This document shows, in pieces, positions 11,953 through 24,751 of a stretch of DNA of 64,000 bases (its first letter is position 1; the number at the start of each line of letters is the position of its first letter). The stretch comes from Scyliorhinus canicula (taxonomy: Eukaryota): contig NC_052146.1 in the NCBI RefSeq assembly GCF_902713615.1, forward strand, positions 310,016,335 to 310,080,334. The letters are read 5' to 3'. The notes beneath the pieces were generated by a model. That model did no database searches, was not told the DNA's origin, and saw only the letters and a program-made list of their open reading frames with translations. A program made the position numbers and the translations under genes.

Positions 11953-12715
11953 ATGGACAAATGTGAGGTAATGCATTTTGGAAGGTTTGATACAGGTGGG
12001 AATAACACAGTAAATGGCAGAGACCTTCAGAGTATTGACAGGCAGAGGGATCTGGCCGTACAGGTCCACAGGTCACTGAAAGTGGCAGCACGGGTGGATC
12101 GGGTAGTCAAGAAGGCAAACGGCCTGCTTGCCTTGATCTGTCAGGGCATTGAGTATAAGAAATGGCAAGTCATGCTGCAGCTGTACAGAACCTTAGTTCG
12201 GCCGCATTTGAAATATTGCGAACAATTCTGGTCAGCACACTACCAGAAGGATGTGGGTGCTTTGGAGAGAGTACAGAAGAGATTTACCAGGTCTGGTCTG
12301 GAGGGTATTGAACTTGATGATCAGCAATGATCAGAATGAATGTGGGAGCAGGCTCGAAGGGCCGAATGGCCTCCTCCTGCTTCTATTGTCTATGTTTCTA
12401 TGTACTAGTTATGTGGGGAGGTTGGATAAACTCTGATTGTTTTAATTGGAATGACGGAGGCTGAGGGGCGACCTGACAGAGATTGATCACATTATGAGTC
12501 GCATGGAGAGAGTGAATTGTGAGACGCTTTTTCCCAGGGTGAAAAATTCACTTTCCCAGGGTCATAGGTTCGAGGGGCAAAGTTTAGAGGAGATGTTCGA
12601 GGCAGGTTTTTTTCACAGAGTGTGGTGGGTGCCTGGAATGCTCTGTGGGAGGAGGTGGTGGAAGGAGATACTATACCGACGTTTAAGAGGCATCTTGACA
12701 ATTACATGAATAGGA
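11953..12715 (+). mobile_element. CR1 LINE 3' fragment
   Basis: DKCEVMHFG...RPHLKYCEQFWS in ORF 11785-12330. Confidence 0.85.
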
Positions 12716-12891
12716 TGTGACTAGAACAGAGAACAAACAGTGCAGAAGGAGGCCATTCGGCCCATCGAGTCTGCACCGACCATTAAGTCCTCACTTCCAC
12801 CTTTCAGCCATGAAGCGTGTGGGAAAAGAATGCCACGGGTCTGCCTGCCTGATTGAGGGTGGCAGCCACGGCAACGCATCAGATGTCGCCG

Positions 12892-13330
12892 TGGCTGCCA
12901 CCCTCAATCAGGCAGGCAGACCCTGCCCTGGCTGCCACCCTCAATCAGGCAGGCAGACTCTGCCCTGGCTGCCACCCTCAATCAGGCAGGCAGACCCTGC
13001 CCTGGCTGCCACCCTCAATCAGGCCGGCAGACCCTGCCCTGGCCGCCACCCTCAATCAGGCAGGCAGACCCTGCCCTGGCTGCCACCCTCAATCAGGCAG
13101 GCAGACCCTGCCCTGGCCGCCACCCTCAATCAGGCAGGCAGACCCTGCCCTGGCTGCCACCCTCAATCAGGCAGGCAGACCTTGCCGTGGCTGCCACCCT
13201 CAATCAGGCAGGCAGACTCTGCCCTGGCTGCCACCCTCAATCAGGCAGGCAGACCCTGCCCTGGCCGCCACCCTCAATCAGGCAGGCAGACCCTGCCCTG
13301 GCTGCCATCCTCAATCAGGCAGGCAGACCC
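12892..13330 (+). repeat. 37-bp tandem repeat (12 copies) inside the Gypsy RNase H
   Basis: Unit TGGCTGCCACCCTCAATCAGGCAGGCAGACCCTGCCC. First unit at 12892, last at 13299 (11 x 37 apart). Confidence 0.95.
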
Positions 13331-14380
13331 GTGGCATTCTTTTCCCACAAGCTTCATGGCTCAGAAATTCGCCACTCATCCGTCAGGAAAGAGGCCCAAG
13401 CTATCGTTGAAGCTGTGCGGCATTGGAGGCATTACCTGGCCGGCAGGAGATTCACTCTCCTCACTGACCAATGGTTGGTAGCCTTCATGTTCAATAACGC
13501 ACAGCAAGGCAAGATCAAGAATGATAAGATCTTGAGGTGGAGTATTGAGCTCGCCACCTACAATTACGAGATTTTGTATCGCCCCGGTGAGCTCAATGAG
13601 CCCCCAGACGCCCTATCCCAAGGTACATGTGCCAGCGCACAAGTAGACCGACTCCTGACCCTGCACGACAGCCTTTGTCACCCGGGAGTCACATGGTTGG
13701 ACAATATCATAAAGGCCCGCAATCTGCCCTACTCCCTCGAGGAAGTACGGAGAATTACCAGGGACTGCCAGGTCTGTGCGGAGTGCAAGCTGCATTTCTA
13801 CAGGCCGGACCGTGCGTACCTGGTAAAGGCCTCCCTCCCCTTTGAACGCCTCAGCGTGGATTTCAAAGGGCCCCTCCCCTCCACCAACCGTAACACGTAT
13901 TTTCTCAGTGTGGTCGATGAGTACTCCAGATTCCCCTTCGCCATCCCATGCCCCGATATGACGTCTGCCACCGTCATCAAAGCCCTCAACACAATCTTCG
14001 CTCTGTTCGGTTTCCCGGCCTACATCCACAGTGACAGGGGATCCTCCTTTATGAGTGATGAGCTGCGTCAGTTCCTGCTCCACAAGGGTATCGCCTCGAG
14101 CAGGACGACCAGCTACAACTGCCGGGGAAACGGACAGGTAGAGAGGGAGAACGGGACGGTATGGGGGGCCATCCAAGTGGCCCTACAGTCCAGGAACCTC
14201 CCAGCCTCCCGCTGGCAGGAGGTCCTCCCTGATGCACTGCAATCCATTCGGTCACTACTCTGCACCGCCACTAACAACACACCCCATGAACGTCTTTTTC
14301 CTTCCCCAGGAAGTCCACATCCGGGGTGTCGCTCCCGACTTGGCTTGCAGCTCCAGGAACCAGGAACGGAGCAGCCGTAG
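13187..14380 (+). pseudogene. Gypsy pol remnant (RNase H C-terminal half + integrase)
   Basis: 397-aa ORF with rve DDE motifs; out of frame with the upstream RNase H part because of the repeat expansion. Confidence 0.85.
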
Positions 14381-15098
14381 GCACGTCCGACTCCAGAAGG
14401 CGGACCAGTTGGTGGAAAGGGTGCAATTGCTCCATGCAAACCCCCAGTATGCCTACGCGGCGTGCCCCGTCAACCCCTCCCCAAGACCATCCGTAGTCCC
14501 CTGCCCCACGCCCGAGGATGAAGAAGATTTCGGCATGCTCCCGGAGGCACTGGACATCGGATCAGCATCGCATCTCCGACACCACTACGTCGCTCCCAGC
14601 GGCATATCAAGGCCCTGGACCGGTTAAACCTCTAACTAGTCCACTGGACTTCAAAAGACATTTCATTTTCTCCCTCTGTCAAAGGTTATAAATGTAAATG
14701 TAAAAACAAAACCATTTGTTGTACATAGTTCTCCACCACCCCCTCCGGAATCAATTTTAACAGGGGGTGTCTGTGGTAAACGACTGTTGCACCTCTATTA
14801 GGTGATGTATGGCAGGATCTGTACTACAGGTTCATTAGCAGTCCCTGCCTGCTGGCTCCGCCCAGTAGGCGGAGTATAAATATGTGTGTCCTCCATGCTG
14901 CAGCCGTTTCGCCAGCTGCTGTGGGAGGCCACACATCTTAGAGCAATAAAGCCTCAGTTGTACCCAACTCAAGTCTTTGTGCAATTGATTGAGCATTAAG
15001 GGATTTATTTTACTATATGTCGAAAGAGGAAACTTTGATCATGTGGTGAATGTTGATCACCAGACATATCCCTGTTTGTTGTAGTGAGAGATATTTAC

Positions 15099-15140
15099 CG
15101 TGTACGTTGGGTCAGAATCTGCTGGAGAGTCTTTCAAATT
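15099..15140 (-). CDS. Cytoplasmic exon copy, NLKDSPADSDPTYT (first half of ITAM)
   Basis: tttacattttgtttcag|AATTTGAAAGACTCTCCAGCAGATTCTGACCCAACGTACACG|gtaaat; 42 nt, phase 0-0. Confidence 0.65.
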
Positions 15141-17029
15141 CTGAAACAAAATGTAAACAGTGAAGATTGGGTTTAGTAGCTGTTGCGAAAAGGAGAATTT
15201 ACTAAAACCTGATTATAATGTATCAGGAATTATAGTCTGGAAAGGTTTATATTTCCATGACGGTGCCCGATTTCTGACACAGTTGAATTCAGCAGGAGGT
15301 AAAGTACATTACACTCAGAATCTTTCACACAATCTTTCCAGTGCAGAAAGAGGCCCCTCGGCCCATCAGGTCTGTACTGGCCCTCTGGAAGAACATTAGA
15401 CTGAGACCCACACCCCTGCCTTATCCCCGGAACCTTGCACATTCTCACTTTCCAGATAACAATCCAATTCCCTTTTGAATTTCTCGATTTCACCTCCCTC
15501 CACCACCCTCACAGGAAGTTCATTCAACCTCTGGCTCACTTCTTCTCCTTTTGTTCATTATTGTGAATGTGTGCCCTCGAGTTCTTGATGTACGTTTGAG
15601 TGGGAACAGTTTCTCATGTACGAAATAACCCAGGAAGTGTAGAAGATTTTAGTTTAGTCGGACACCATGGTCGGCACGGGCTTGGAGGGCTGAAGGGCCT
15701 GTTCCTGTGCTGTACTGTTCTTTGTTCTTTGAAATGTATCACCTCCATATTTATAGATGACACAAAGTTGGGTGGGAGGGTGAGCTGTGAGGAGGATGCA
15801 GAGATGCTTCAGCAGGATTTGGACAGGCTGAGTGAGTGGGCACATGCATGGCAGATGCAGTATAATGTGGATAAATGTGAGGTTATCCACTTCAGTCGCA
15901 AAAACAGGAAGGGAAATATAATTTGAGTGGATATAAATTGGGAGAGGTGGATAATCAACAAGATCTTGGTGTCCCCGTGCATCAGTCGCTGAAAGTAAGC
16001 GCGCAGGTACAGCCGGCAGTAAAGAAGGCAAATGGTCGGCTGGCCACCATAGCGAGAGGATTTAAATACAGGAATAGAGATGTTTTACTGGAATTGTACT
16101 GGGGAATTTGTTAGGCCATACCTGGAGTATTGTCTGCAGTTTTGGTTCCCGTATCTGAGGAAGGATTTTCTTGTGGGTTTAGAAATCAGGGAGAAGGGGT
16201 GTAATAGAATTAAAGAGTTAACTCCAGACAGGGAGGTTCTGAGTGGTGTGGCAGGCTCTAAAGTAGATAATTCTCCAGGTAGAAGGACTTTGATAAATGT
16301 CGAAGGACTTACAAGAGATGGGTCTTGGTAAATAGCAGGACCCTGGGAAGCACCGAGTTTCAGAGGAATTTTGGCGTGCATGTACACCCATCCCTTAATG
16401 TAGCAGTGTAGGTGGATACTGTGGTTAAGAAGGCTTCTGGTATACTTGCCTTTATTGTCACAATATGTGGATTTTGTAATGAATATCAAGGGTCAATGGA
16501 ATGTTCCGACTCTCGTCACTAGATGGAGGTTTAGAGCAACCATATAAATACCACATTCCTCCTTGACTTCAGAGGTAGAGTGAGAGAGTGTGGAAGGAAG
16601 TCAGTCGTGGTAGATGTGAGATTAGTTTAGCTGATAGCACAGTTTAGTCTTGTAGTGTATTCTTTACTTCTCTAATTCCTCAGCAAATGTTTGAATCTCA
16701 TTATGTGTAGTGTAATAAATTAGCTTTATAGAACATGGAACATAGAACATAGAACAGTACAGCACAGAACAGGCCCTTCGGCCCTCAATGTTGTGCCGAG
16801 CAATGATCACCCTACTCAAACCCATGTATCTACCCTATACCCGTAACCCAACAACCCCCCCCTAACCTTACTTTTCAGGACACTATGGGCTATTTAGCAT
16901 GGCCAATCCACCTAACCCGCACATCTTTGGACTGGCTGTTCTTTGTCAACACCACAGCCTTCAAACAACAAAGAAGAACAAAGAACAAAACAGCAGAGGA
17001 ACAGGCCCTTCGGCCCTCCAAGCCTGTGC

Positions 17030-19290
17030 CGACCATGGCAGCTGCCTCAACTAAAACTGCATGCACATACAGAGTTTGTATCCTTCCATTCCCACCCTAT
17101 TCATATATTTCTCCAGATTCCCCTTAAATGCCGCTATTGTACCTGCTCCCATCACCTCCCCAGGCAGCGCTTTCCATATATTTACCACCCTCTGTGTAAA
17201 AAACCTGCCTCGCACATCTGTTCAAAACTTTTTCCCACGTATTTTAAACCTATGTCCCCTAGTACCTGACTCTCCTACCCTAGGAAAGAGCATCTGACTA
17301 TCCACACTGTCCATGCCACTCATAATCTTGTAGACCTCTATCAGGTCGCCTCTCAACCTCCATCATTCCAGTGAGAACAGACTGAGTTTATCTAACCTCT
17401 CCTCATAGCTAATGCCCTCCATACCAGGCAACATCCTAGTAAACCGCTTCTGTACCCACTCCAAAGCATCCACATCCTTATGACAGTGTGGCGACCAGAA
17501 TTGTCCACAATATTCTAAATGAGGCCTAACTGATGTCCTGTACAGCTGCAACATCATTTTCCATTTTTTATATTCAATGCCCCGACCGATGAAGGCCAGC
17601 ATGCCGTAAGACTTCTTGACCACCTTATCCACATGCGTTGCCATTTTCACTGATCGGTGGACATGCCGCCCAGATCTCTCTGCCTGTCAGTACTCGCAAT
17701 GGTTCAATCATTTATTGTGTAATTCCTACATGCATTTGACCTTCCAAAGTGCATTCCCGTACCAGCCTCCCCGGACAGACGCCGGAATGTGGCGACTAGG
17801 GGCTTTTCACAGTAACTTCATTGAAGCCGACTCGTGACAATAAGCGATTTTCATTTCATTTCATTACCTCACACTCACCCAGGTTAAACTCCATCTGCCA
17901 TTTCTCCGCCCAAGACTCCAACCAGTTTCTATCCTGCTGTATCCTCTGCCAATCCTCTTCACTATCCGCAACTCCACCAATTTTTGTGTCATCTGCAAAC
18001 TTACTGATCAGACCAGCTACATTTTCTTCCTGATCATTTATATACACCACAAACAACAAAGGCCCCAGAACTGATCCCTGTGGAATGCTGCTAGTCACAG
18101 CCTTCCATTCAGAAAAACACCTTCTACTGCGACCTTCCGTCTTCTGAACCCAAATCAGTTCTGTATCCAACTTGCCAGCTCTCCTCTGATCCCATGTGAC
18201 TTCACCTTTTGTACCAGTCTACCATGAGGTACCTTGTGAAAGGCTTTACTGCAGTCCATGTATCCAACATCTACTGCCGTTCCCTTATCTACCATCTTTG
18301 TCACTTCCTTGAAAAACTCAATCAAGTTAGTGAGGCATGACTTCCCCCTCACAAATCCATGCTGTCCATCATTAATACGTCCATTTGTTTCCAAATGTGA
18401 GTAAATCCAATCTCTAAAAATCTTTTCCAATAATTTCCCAACCACTGGCGTAAAACTCACTGGCCTATAATTTCCTGGATTATCCCTGCTACCCTTCTTA
18501 AACAACAGAACAACGTTGGCTACTCTCCTGTCCTCTGGAACTTCACCTGTAGCCAATGAGGGTTTCATAGAATTTACAGTGCATAAGGAGGCCACTCGGC
18601 TCATCGAGTTTGCACCTGCTTTTGGAAAGAGCATCCGACCCAACAACACACCTCCCCTCCATCCACACAACCCAGTAACCCCACCCAACACAAAGGGCAA
18701 TTTTGGAGTCTAAGGGAAATTTTGCATGGCCAAACTGCCTAACCTGCACATCTTTGGACTGTGGGAGGAAACCGGAGCACCCGGATGAAACCCACGCACA
18801 CATGGGGAGAACATGCAGAGTCCACACAGACAGTGACCCAAGCTGGGAATCGAACCTGGGACCCTGGAGCTGTGAAGCAATTGTGCTAACCACTATGCTA
18901 CCATGCTGCCCTGTATACAAAGATTACTGTCAAGACCCCAGCAATTTGCTCCCTTGCCTCCCTCAGTATTCTGGGGTAGATCCCATCAGGCCTTGGAGAC
19001 TTATCTACTTTAATGCTTTTTAAGATGCCCAACACCTCCTCTTTATTAATATCAACATGACTCAGAATATCTACACTCACTTCCCAATACTTCTCATTCC
19101 CCAAATCCTTCTCTTTGTGAATACTGAAGGAAAGTATTAATTTAGTATCTCTCCCATTTCCTCTGGTTCCATACATAGATTCCCTCCAATATCATTGAAT
19201 GGACCAACCCTTTCTCTGGCTACCCTCTTGCTCTTTACATATGTTGAAAACACCTTGGGATTTTCCTTCACCATCCTGAAGAACAATACA
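17030..19290 (-). mobile_element. Fragmented CR1 LINE(s) with nested SINE
   Basis: Minus-strand ORFs 18898-19176, 18155-18700, 17856-18170 and 17363-17650 with RT motifs ([25 protein letters not shown]). Confidence 0.85.
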
Positions 19291-19414
19291 AAGAACACAA
19301 CACCGTCAATACAATACTTGGGACCAATCAGATCCCAGAAAGAGGAAACTTTGATCATGTGGTGAATGTTGATCACCAGACATATCCCTGTTTGTTGCAG
19401 TGAGAGATATTTAC

Positions 19415-19456
19415 CGTGTACGTTGGGTCAGAATCTGCTGGAGAGTCTTCCAAATT
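19415..19456 (-). CDS. Cytoplasmic exon copy, NLEDSPADSDPTYT
   Basis: Same intact AG/GT sites as 29169-29210; 42 nt, phase 0-0. Confidence 0.65.
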
Positions 19457-19872
19457 CTGAAACAAAATGTAAACAGTGAAGATTGGGTTTAGTAGCTGTT
19501 GCGAACATGAGAATTTATTAAAACCTGATTATAACGTGTCAGGAATTATGGTCTGGAAAGGTTTATATTTCCATGACAGTGCCCGATTTCTGACACAGGT
19601 GAATTCAGCAGGAGGTAAAGTACATTACACTCAGAATCTTTCACACAATCTTTCCAGTGCAGAAAGAGGCCCCTCGGTCAATCAGGTCTGTACTGGCCCT
19701 CTGGAAGAACATTAGACTGAGACCCACACCCCTGCCTTATCCCCGGAACCTTGCACATTCTCACTTTCCAGATAACAATCCAATTCCCTTTTGAATATCT
19801 CGATTTCACCTCCCTCCACCACCCTCACAGGAAGTTCATTCAACCTCTGGCTCACTTCTTCTCCTTTTGCTC

Positions 19873-20117
19873 TGGGGCGCTAACAATTGCACACAAAGAC
19901 TCGAGACATGTACAATAGAGGCTGTATTGCTGTGTGATGCTATTCCTCCTGCGGCAGCTGTAGAATAGGATCTCAGTGACTCACACACATATTTATACAC
20001 AAGCTCCCTGTGGGAGGAGCTATCCGGCAGGGGCTTACCGGAGGAACCTGTATTACAGGTACAGCCATACATCCCCCTAATGCAAGTACGCATATCTACA
20101 GTGGTTATATCACCACA
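19873..20117 (-). mobile_element. Solo LTR with 5-bp TSD
   Basis: TG...CA ends, flanked by TGCTC (19868-19872 and 20118-20122). The paralogous site near 29620 is empty. Confidence 0.85.
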
Positions 20118-20811
20118 TGCTCATTATTGTGAATGTGTGCCCTCTAGTTCTTGATGTAAGTTTGAGTGGGAACAATTTCTCCTGTACCTACCCTGTCCGT
20201 TCAGAATGTCCAATTCACCTAAAAAGCACGTCTTTTGGGACTTGTGGGAGGAAACCGGAGCACCCAATGGAAACCCACGCAGACTCGGGGAGAACGTGCG
20301 GACTCCACACATACAGTGACCTAAGCTAGAAATCGAACCGGGGTTCCTGTGAGGCAACAGTGCTAACCACTGTGCTGCCGTGCCGCCCACATGCGGCCCT
20401 CATTTCCCTTTCACACATTCCCAATTCCCGCTGGGATACAATGGGAGGGAGAGAGCCTTCCCTATACTGAGGATGCATTGTGGGTGGCAGTAGAGTTCCC
20501 TGAGAGACGCAGAGTTCCAGCACTGCCCACCAGAAGAGAGAATTACAGATGAGTCTTTCCAACCTTTTCCCAATCCCTCCCAATGAGTGTTGCCGAGGAA
20601 TATGGAGATAGTTGGGATCAGATCTCCTGCTCTCTCTCTGTATGTCACTGAGTGATGGTCCAATCACATGGTTTGTATTCATTGAGAAAATGCAATGTTG
20701 GTGTGTGCAGAGGAAATGGATCTGAAATCACAAACTGACATTGACACCAGCTCCCCCGGTGGGCCCTTTGCTGTTACACAAAGACAGACAGTAAGAAACA
20801 GCCAATCTCAC

Positions 20812-20885
20812 CCATCGGGATCCTGTCCAACGAGGGTTTCTGTCACCTGCAGCCTGGCTCTGATCACCAGCTCTCCCTGATGAAG
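20812..20885 (-). CDS. Cytoplasmic exon copy, (A)SSGRAGDQSQAAGDRNPRWTGSRW
   Basis: atttatttcacag|CTTCATCAGG...CCCGATGG|gtgaga; 74 nt, phase 1-0; matches 30919-30992. Confidence 0.6.
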
Positions 20886-21229
20886 CTGTGAAATAAATGG
20901 TCAAAATCACCATGAAACCAGTGTTATATTGTTGACAACATTACTCTGAATGTTAAACACTTCTGAAAGCAAAGGTTAGAAAAATGATTGGAACATCAGC
21001 CTGATGGGAACAGGAGGAGGCCATTCTGCCCCTTCTGCCCGTTCCACCCATTTAATGAGATCATGGTTTATCTGTCACCTAACTCCATATCTCTGACTAT
21101 TCACCACATCCATTGGATCACAGAAATCTCTGAGGCCCGATCTAACGGAACGTTTCTCAGTGTGATTTGTGGTGGGTTTTGGTGGGAGTTTCTCCCTGGC
21201 TCTGTCAGTGAGTTCCCCACCGCTATCTA

Positions 21230-21900
21230 ACCCACGGTTAGGGTGGGATTTACCGGCTGGTCACACCACCGGGATATTCCAGTCCCACGCTGGCGCATGG
21301 GTTTCCCGGTGACGAGGCCGGTATCACACCCTTCATACCCCCCCTCCAGCCTCCTTTCATGGGCATGGCCCCACTCAGGCCCTGACCCTGGGCAGTGCCA
21401 CCCGGCCACCCTGGGAGTGCTCCTGCCGGCTTGTCTTTGCCACCCGAGCACCTTGACAGTGCCAGCTTGGCAGAGATAAGGTGCCAATCAGTCAGTCCCA
21501 AGGTGCCCACATTCCAGGGGAAGGGCCAGGGGGCCACCCTGCACTATTCCTGTCCACCCAGGGATCTCCAATGGCCAAGGAGCCCTTGGCCCCCCTCCCG
21601 CTGGATGCATTCCACCTGGTCCACGTTTGTACCGAATCAGTACCGATTGGTGCCCGGCTAAGGCCTCCCTGGGGAGACCAGTAGATCCTGAGAGGCCGGG
21701 AGATCACGGGTGAGGACTGTCAAGTCAGTTTAAAACTGACTTAAACCTGCACATTGTGGGAGAGATTCTGGTCGTGCCACCTCACAGGACTTGTGTAGAT
21801 CCCACGAGGCGTAGTGGCGGCTGGTAAGCTCTAGGGAGGCCTCAGCCGACATCTACCGGCCACCTCACGCTCCCGGCTGGGCGCGATGTGGCTGATCGAT
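21230..21900. mobile_element. GC-rich Harbinger-type MITE (paralogue at about 31335-32030)
   Basis: Begins GGGTGGGATTTACCGGC and ends GATCGATCACACC; a related copy sits at the same position in the duplicated block. Confidence 0.55.
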
Positions 21901-21992
21901 CACACCCTTCATCTCAGATTTAAAGTTAATAATTGATCTCGCATCAATTGGATTTGTGAAGTGCGTTCCAAACTTCACCCTTGGTCAAGAGA

Positions 21993-24060
21993 TGTGAGGC
22001 TGAATGGCCACCTAAAATGGCAAAGGATGCTGGGAGAATTGGCCAAGTATAAGGACAAGCTGGCTGCAGTTTAAATAAACATTGATGAGAAAGCTGCAGC
22101 CTAGACATCGCAATGCACAGGAAATAGGCCATCTTCAGGCCATCCCGGGGACAGTCGAACTGCCCAGTCAATCCCGCTTGTTTACCGGAAACAGCGGCAC
22201 CTACACTCCTTATTTGGAAAGGCCTACGTGCCCCCAGCACCTGCAGGCATGGCCGATCAGTGCTCACCCCCGAAATCAGTGAGACAGCCCCTGATTGGAC
22301 TTAACCAATCAGGGTGATCGAACCATGAACAATTGATTGGCAATGACCCAGAGACCATCCAAAAGGGCACAGAATGGAAAGAAGAGCCGAGACAGAGCAT
22401 CAGACCAGACCCAGGACCGAACATCGAGGACTCCAGGAGGCAGCACACAGATAACGGACAATATCTGTTTGCTACTTGCTAGTCACTCTGAAGTTAAGTT
22501 AAGGTCTAGTATGAACCTTTAGTACTCTGTAGAATAACTTGTGTTCATGATGTGATTGATTAACTGTGGCAGTGTGTGAATGTGAATAAAGACTACTTGA
22601 TTTAACAAGTTGACTCGCAGTCATTGTCCACCATAACTGGGTTAAAGACACACTGCGTTAGCAACAGAACTGGCGGCTCTGGTGGGATATTGACAAGAAA
22701 TAACTTTGTGGCTCCGATATCGATTGCAACAAAACCTAATATTCCCGTAAATTTAGTCTGAGCCTGAATTGTCACACACACACACACACACAATTTACAG
22801 TGCAGAAGGAGGCCATTCGGCCCATCGAGTCTGCACCGGCTCTTGGAAAGAGCACCCTACCCAAGGTCAATAACTCCACCCTATCCCCATAACCCAGTAA
22901 CCACACCCAACGCTGACGGCAATTTTGGACACCAAGGGCAATTTATCATGGCCAATCCACCTAACCTGCACATCTTTGGACTGTGGGAGGAAACCGGAGC
23001 ACACGGAGGAAACCCACGCACACACGGGGAGGATGTGCAGATTCCGCACAGACAGTGACCCAAGCCGGAATCGAACCTGGGACCCTGGAGCTGTGAATTA
23101 AGATAGCAGACGCCCCACGTGATGGACAGGACTTAAAGTAAATCAAAGCGAGTGGGTGGTCTATATTGAAATCTTATTTAAACGCAAAACCCAAAGGTGT
23201 GTACTCCGTATCGGACAAATACTGATGTTTCTCGGGAAATTGGTATTAATTGCATGTGTTACTTACTGAGAGGACAGGGTCAACTAGTCAGTTTACATTA
23301 GAACTCGGAGGGATTAGGACCGGAACATAGTCTCAAAGCCGTACCCGCAGTCCGATCCACTCCCTACCCCTTGTCCTTGAGAATGACAGGAGGTAGCGCA
23401 GGTAGAGAATTGTCCCATACGGGAAGAGAAAATACGAGAGGACATAAAGAACAAAGGGTGGCCCCAGAATTTTGTTCAAATACCGAGACAGGTCACGGAG
23501 CCTTAGGACAGAAGCACTGGGATGATTTGACGAAGGCTCAGGGAAAGCAAGCAGCCAAATACAAGAAGGCGATGGCCATCGTCTGCTGCTTAGCGCAGTT
23601 AGTAGGAACTGAACGGGATTTAAAAACCGTTCATGAACAAGTAGAAAAATCAAATCAGTTGCAGGAGGAGAAGGAGGAAGAAATGAGAAACCTCCAGAAA
23701 GAACAGGAGGAAGAGATCAGGAATTTAAAAGAGAAAAAGGAGGAAGACATGAAAAAGCTGGAGGAGGAAAAGGAGAAAGAAATAAAGAAGCTAAAAGAGG
23801 AAAGGGAGGAAGAGGTGAGGAAGTTAAAGGAGGGGAAAGAGGAGGAGATCAAGAGACTAAAAGAACAGCAGCAGGAGGGGATGCAGCAAACTAAAGCAGA
23901 CAAGGACAGAGAAAAAGGTGAATTAACATGGGCCAATCAGAGAGCTTAGTACATCTGGGTAGTTGTCAGGCCCAATGGGAGAAAACCGACCAAAACGCCC
24001 AACGTGCTGTCTTGGCCAGAGATGAAGCTGAGAACACGGTGACATGCCGAGAGACCAGGT
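21993..24060 (+). mobile_element. 5' part of an LTR retroelement (LTR 21993-22666, PBS-like 22671-22688, gag-like ORF 23371-23949)
   Basis: TGT...ACA ends with AATAAA; TGGCGGCTCTGGTGGGAT resembles a tRNA-Leu primer-binding site; coiled-coil gag-like ORF follows. Absent from the paralogous position near 32120. Confidence 0.65.
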
Positions 24061-24398
24061 ACACCAATCTGCAGGCAGCAATTGTCATGTGAGGGTCCCT
24101 TTAAGAAAAAGGTGTTTTATCAAATGGCTGCAGTGATGTCATTGTGTGGGTCGAGCTGGGCTGTGGCTCTGAGTTTTCTGGTTTTGTTTTTAGTTGGGAG
24201 CTGAATTCAAACAAAGATGGTATATATTTGGTCTGTCTCTCTGAATGCTACAGAATGTCTCCAGACCACTTGATAACTTCAAATTAATAACTGTTTTCTG
24301 TAAGGAATTCAAACCTACTGTTTGGTAGAAAAGGGTGTTTGGTTCATGAATGTTGTTAGTAAAGTTATTAAGGGTTACCTATAGAGTACTGTATCTTA

Positions 24399-24751
24399 TA
24401 GAACATATAGAACATAGAACAGTACAGCACAGAACAGGCCCTTCGGCCCTCGATGTTGTGCCGAGCAATGATCACCCTACTCAAACCCACGTATCCACCC
24501 TATACCCGTAACCCAACAACCCCCCCCCTTAACCTTACTTTTTTAGGACACTACGGGCAATTTAGCATGGCCAATCCACCTAACCCGCACATCTTTGGAC
24601 TGTGGGAGGAAACCGGAGCACCCGAAGGAAACCCACGCACACACGGGGAGGACATGCAGACTCCGCACAGACAGTGACCCAGCCAGGAACCGAACCTGGG
24701 ATCCTGGAGCTGTGAAGCATTTATGCTAACCACCATGCTACCGTGCTGCCC
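24399..24751 (-). mobile_element. HE1/V-type SINE, full length, inserted in a solo-LTR-like repeat
   Basis: Reverse complement of the 9435-9779 family, including head and (GTTCTAT)n tail. Confidence 0.9.

Larger units (their letters stand above)
12790..14997 (+). mobile_element. Truncated Gypsy LTR retrotransposon (RNase H-integrase, 3' LTR about 14772-14997)
   Basis: DASDVA.AATLNQAGRPVAFFS (RNase H); H..H/C..C zinc finger; SVDFKGPLP, VVDEYSRFPFA, HSDRGSSF, GNGQVERENG (integrase). Purine-rich tract before TGTGGTAAAC; AATAAA in LTR. Confidence 0.9.

Noticed and set aside
15160-15399. Triplicated plus-strand ORF MKIGFSSCC... (also 19476-19715, 29230-29469) and duplicated ORFs 20695-20880 / 30802-30987
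   Set aside because: They are antisense readings of duplicated intron and exon DNA of the minus-strand gene, start with non-ATG codons and show no recognisable domain.
23371-23949. Coiled-coil ORF as a host gene
   Set aside because: It lies directly after an LTR and PBS-like site and is absent from the paralogous block, so it is most simply a retroelement gag remnant.
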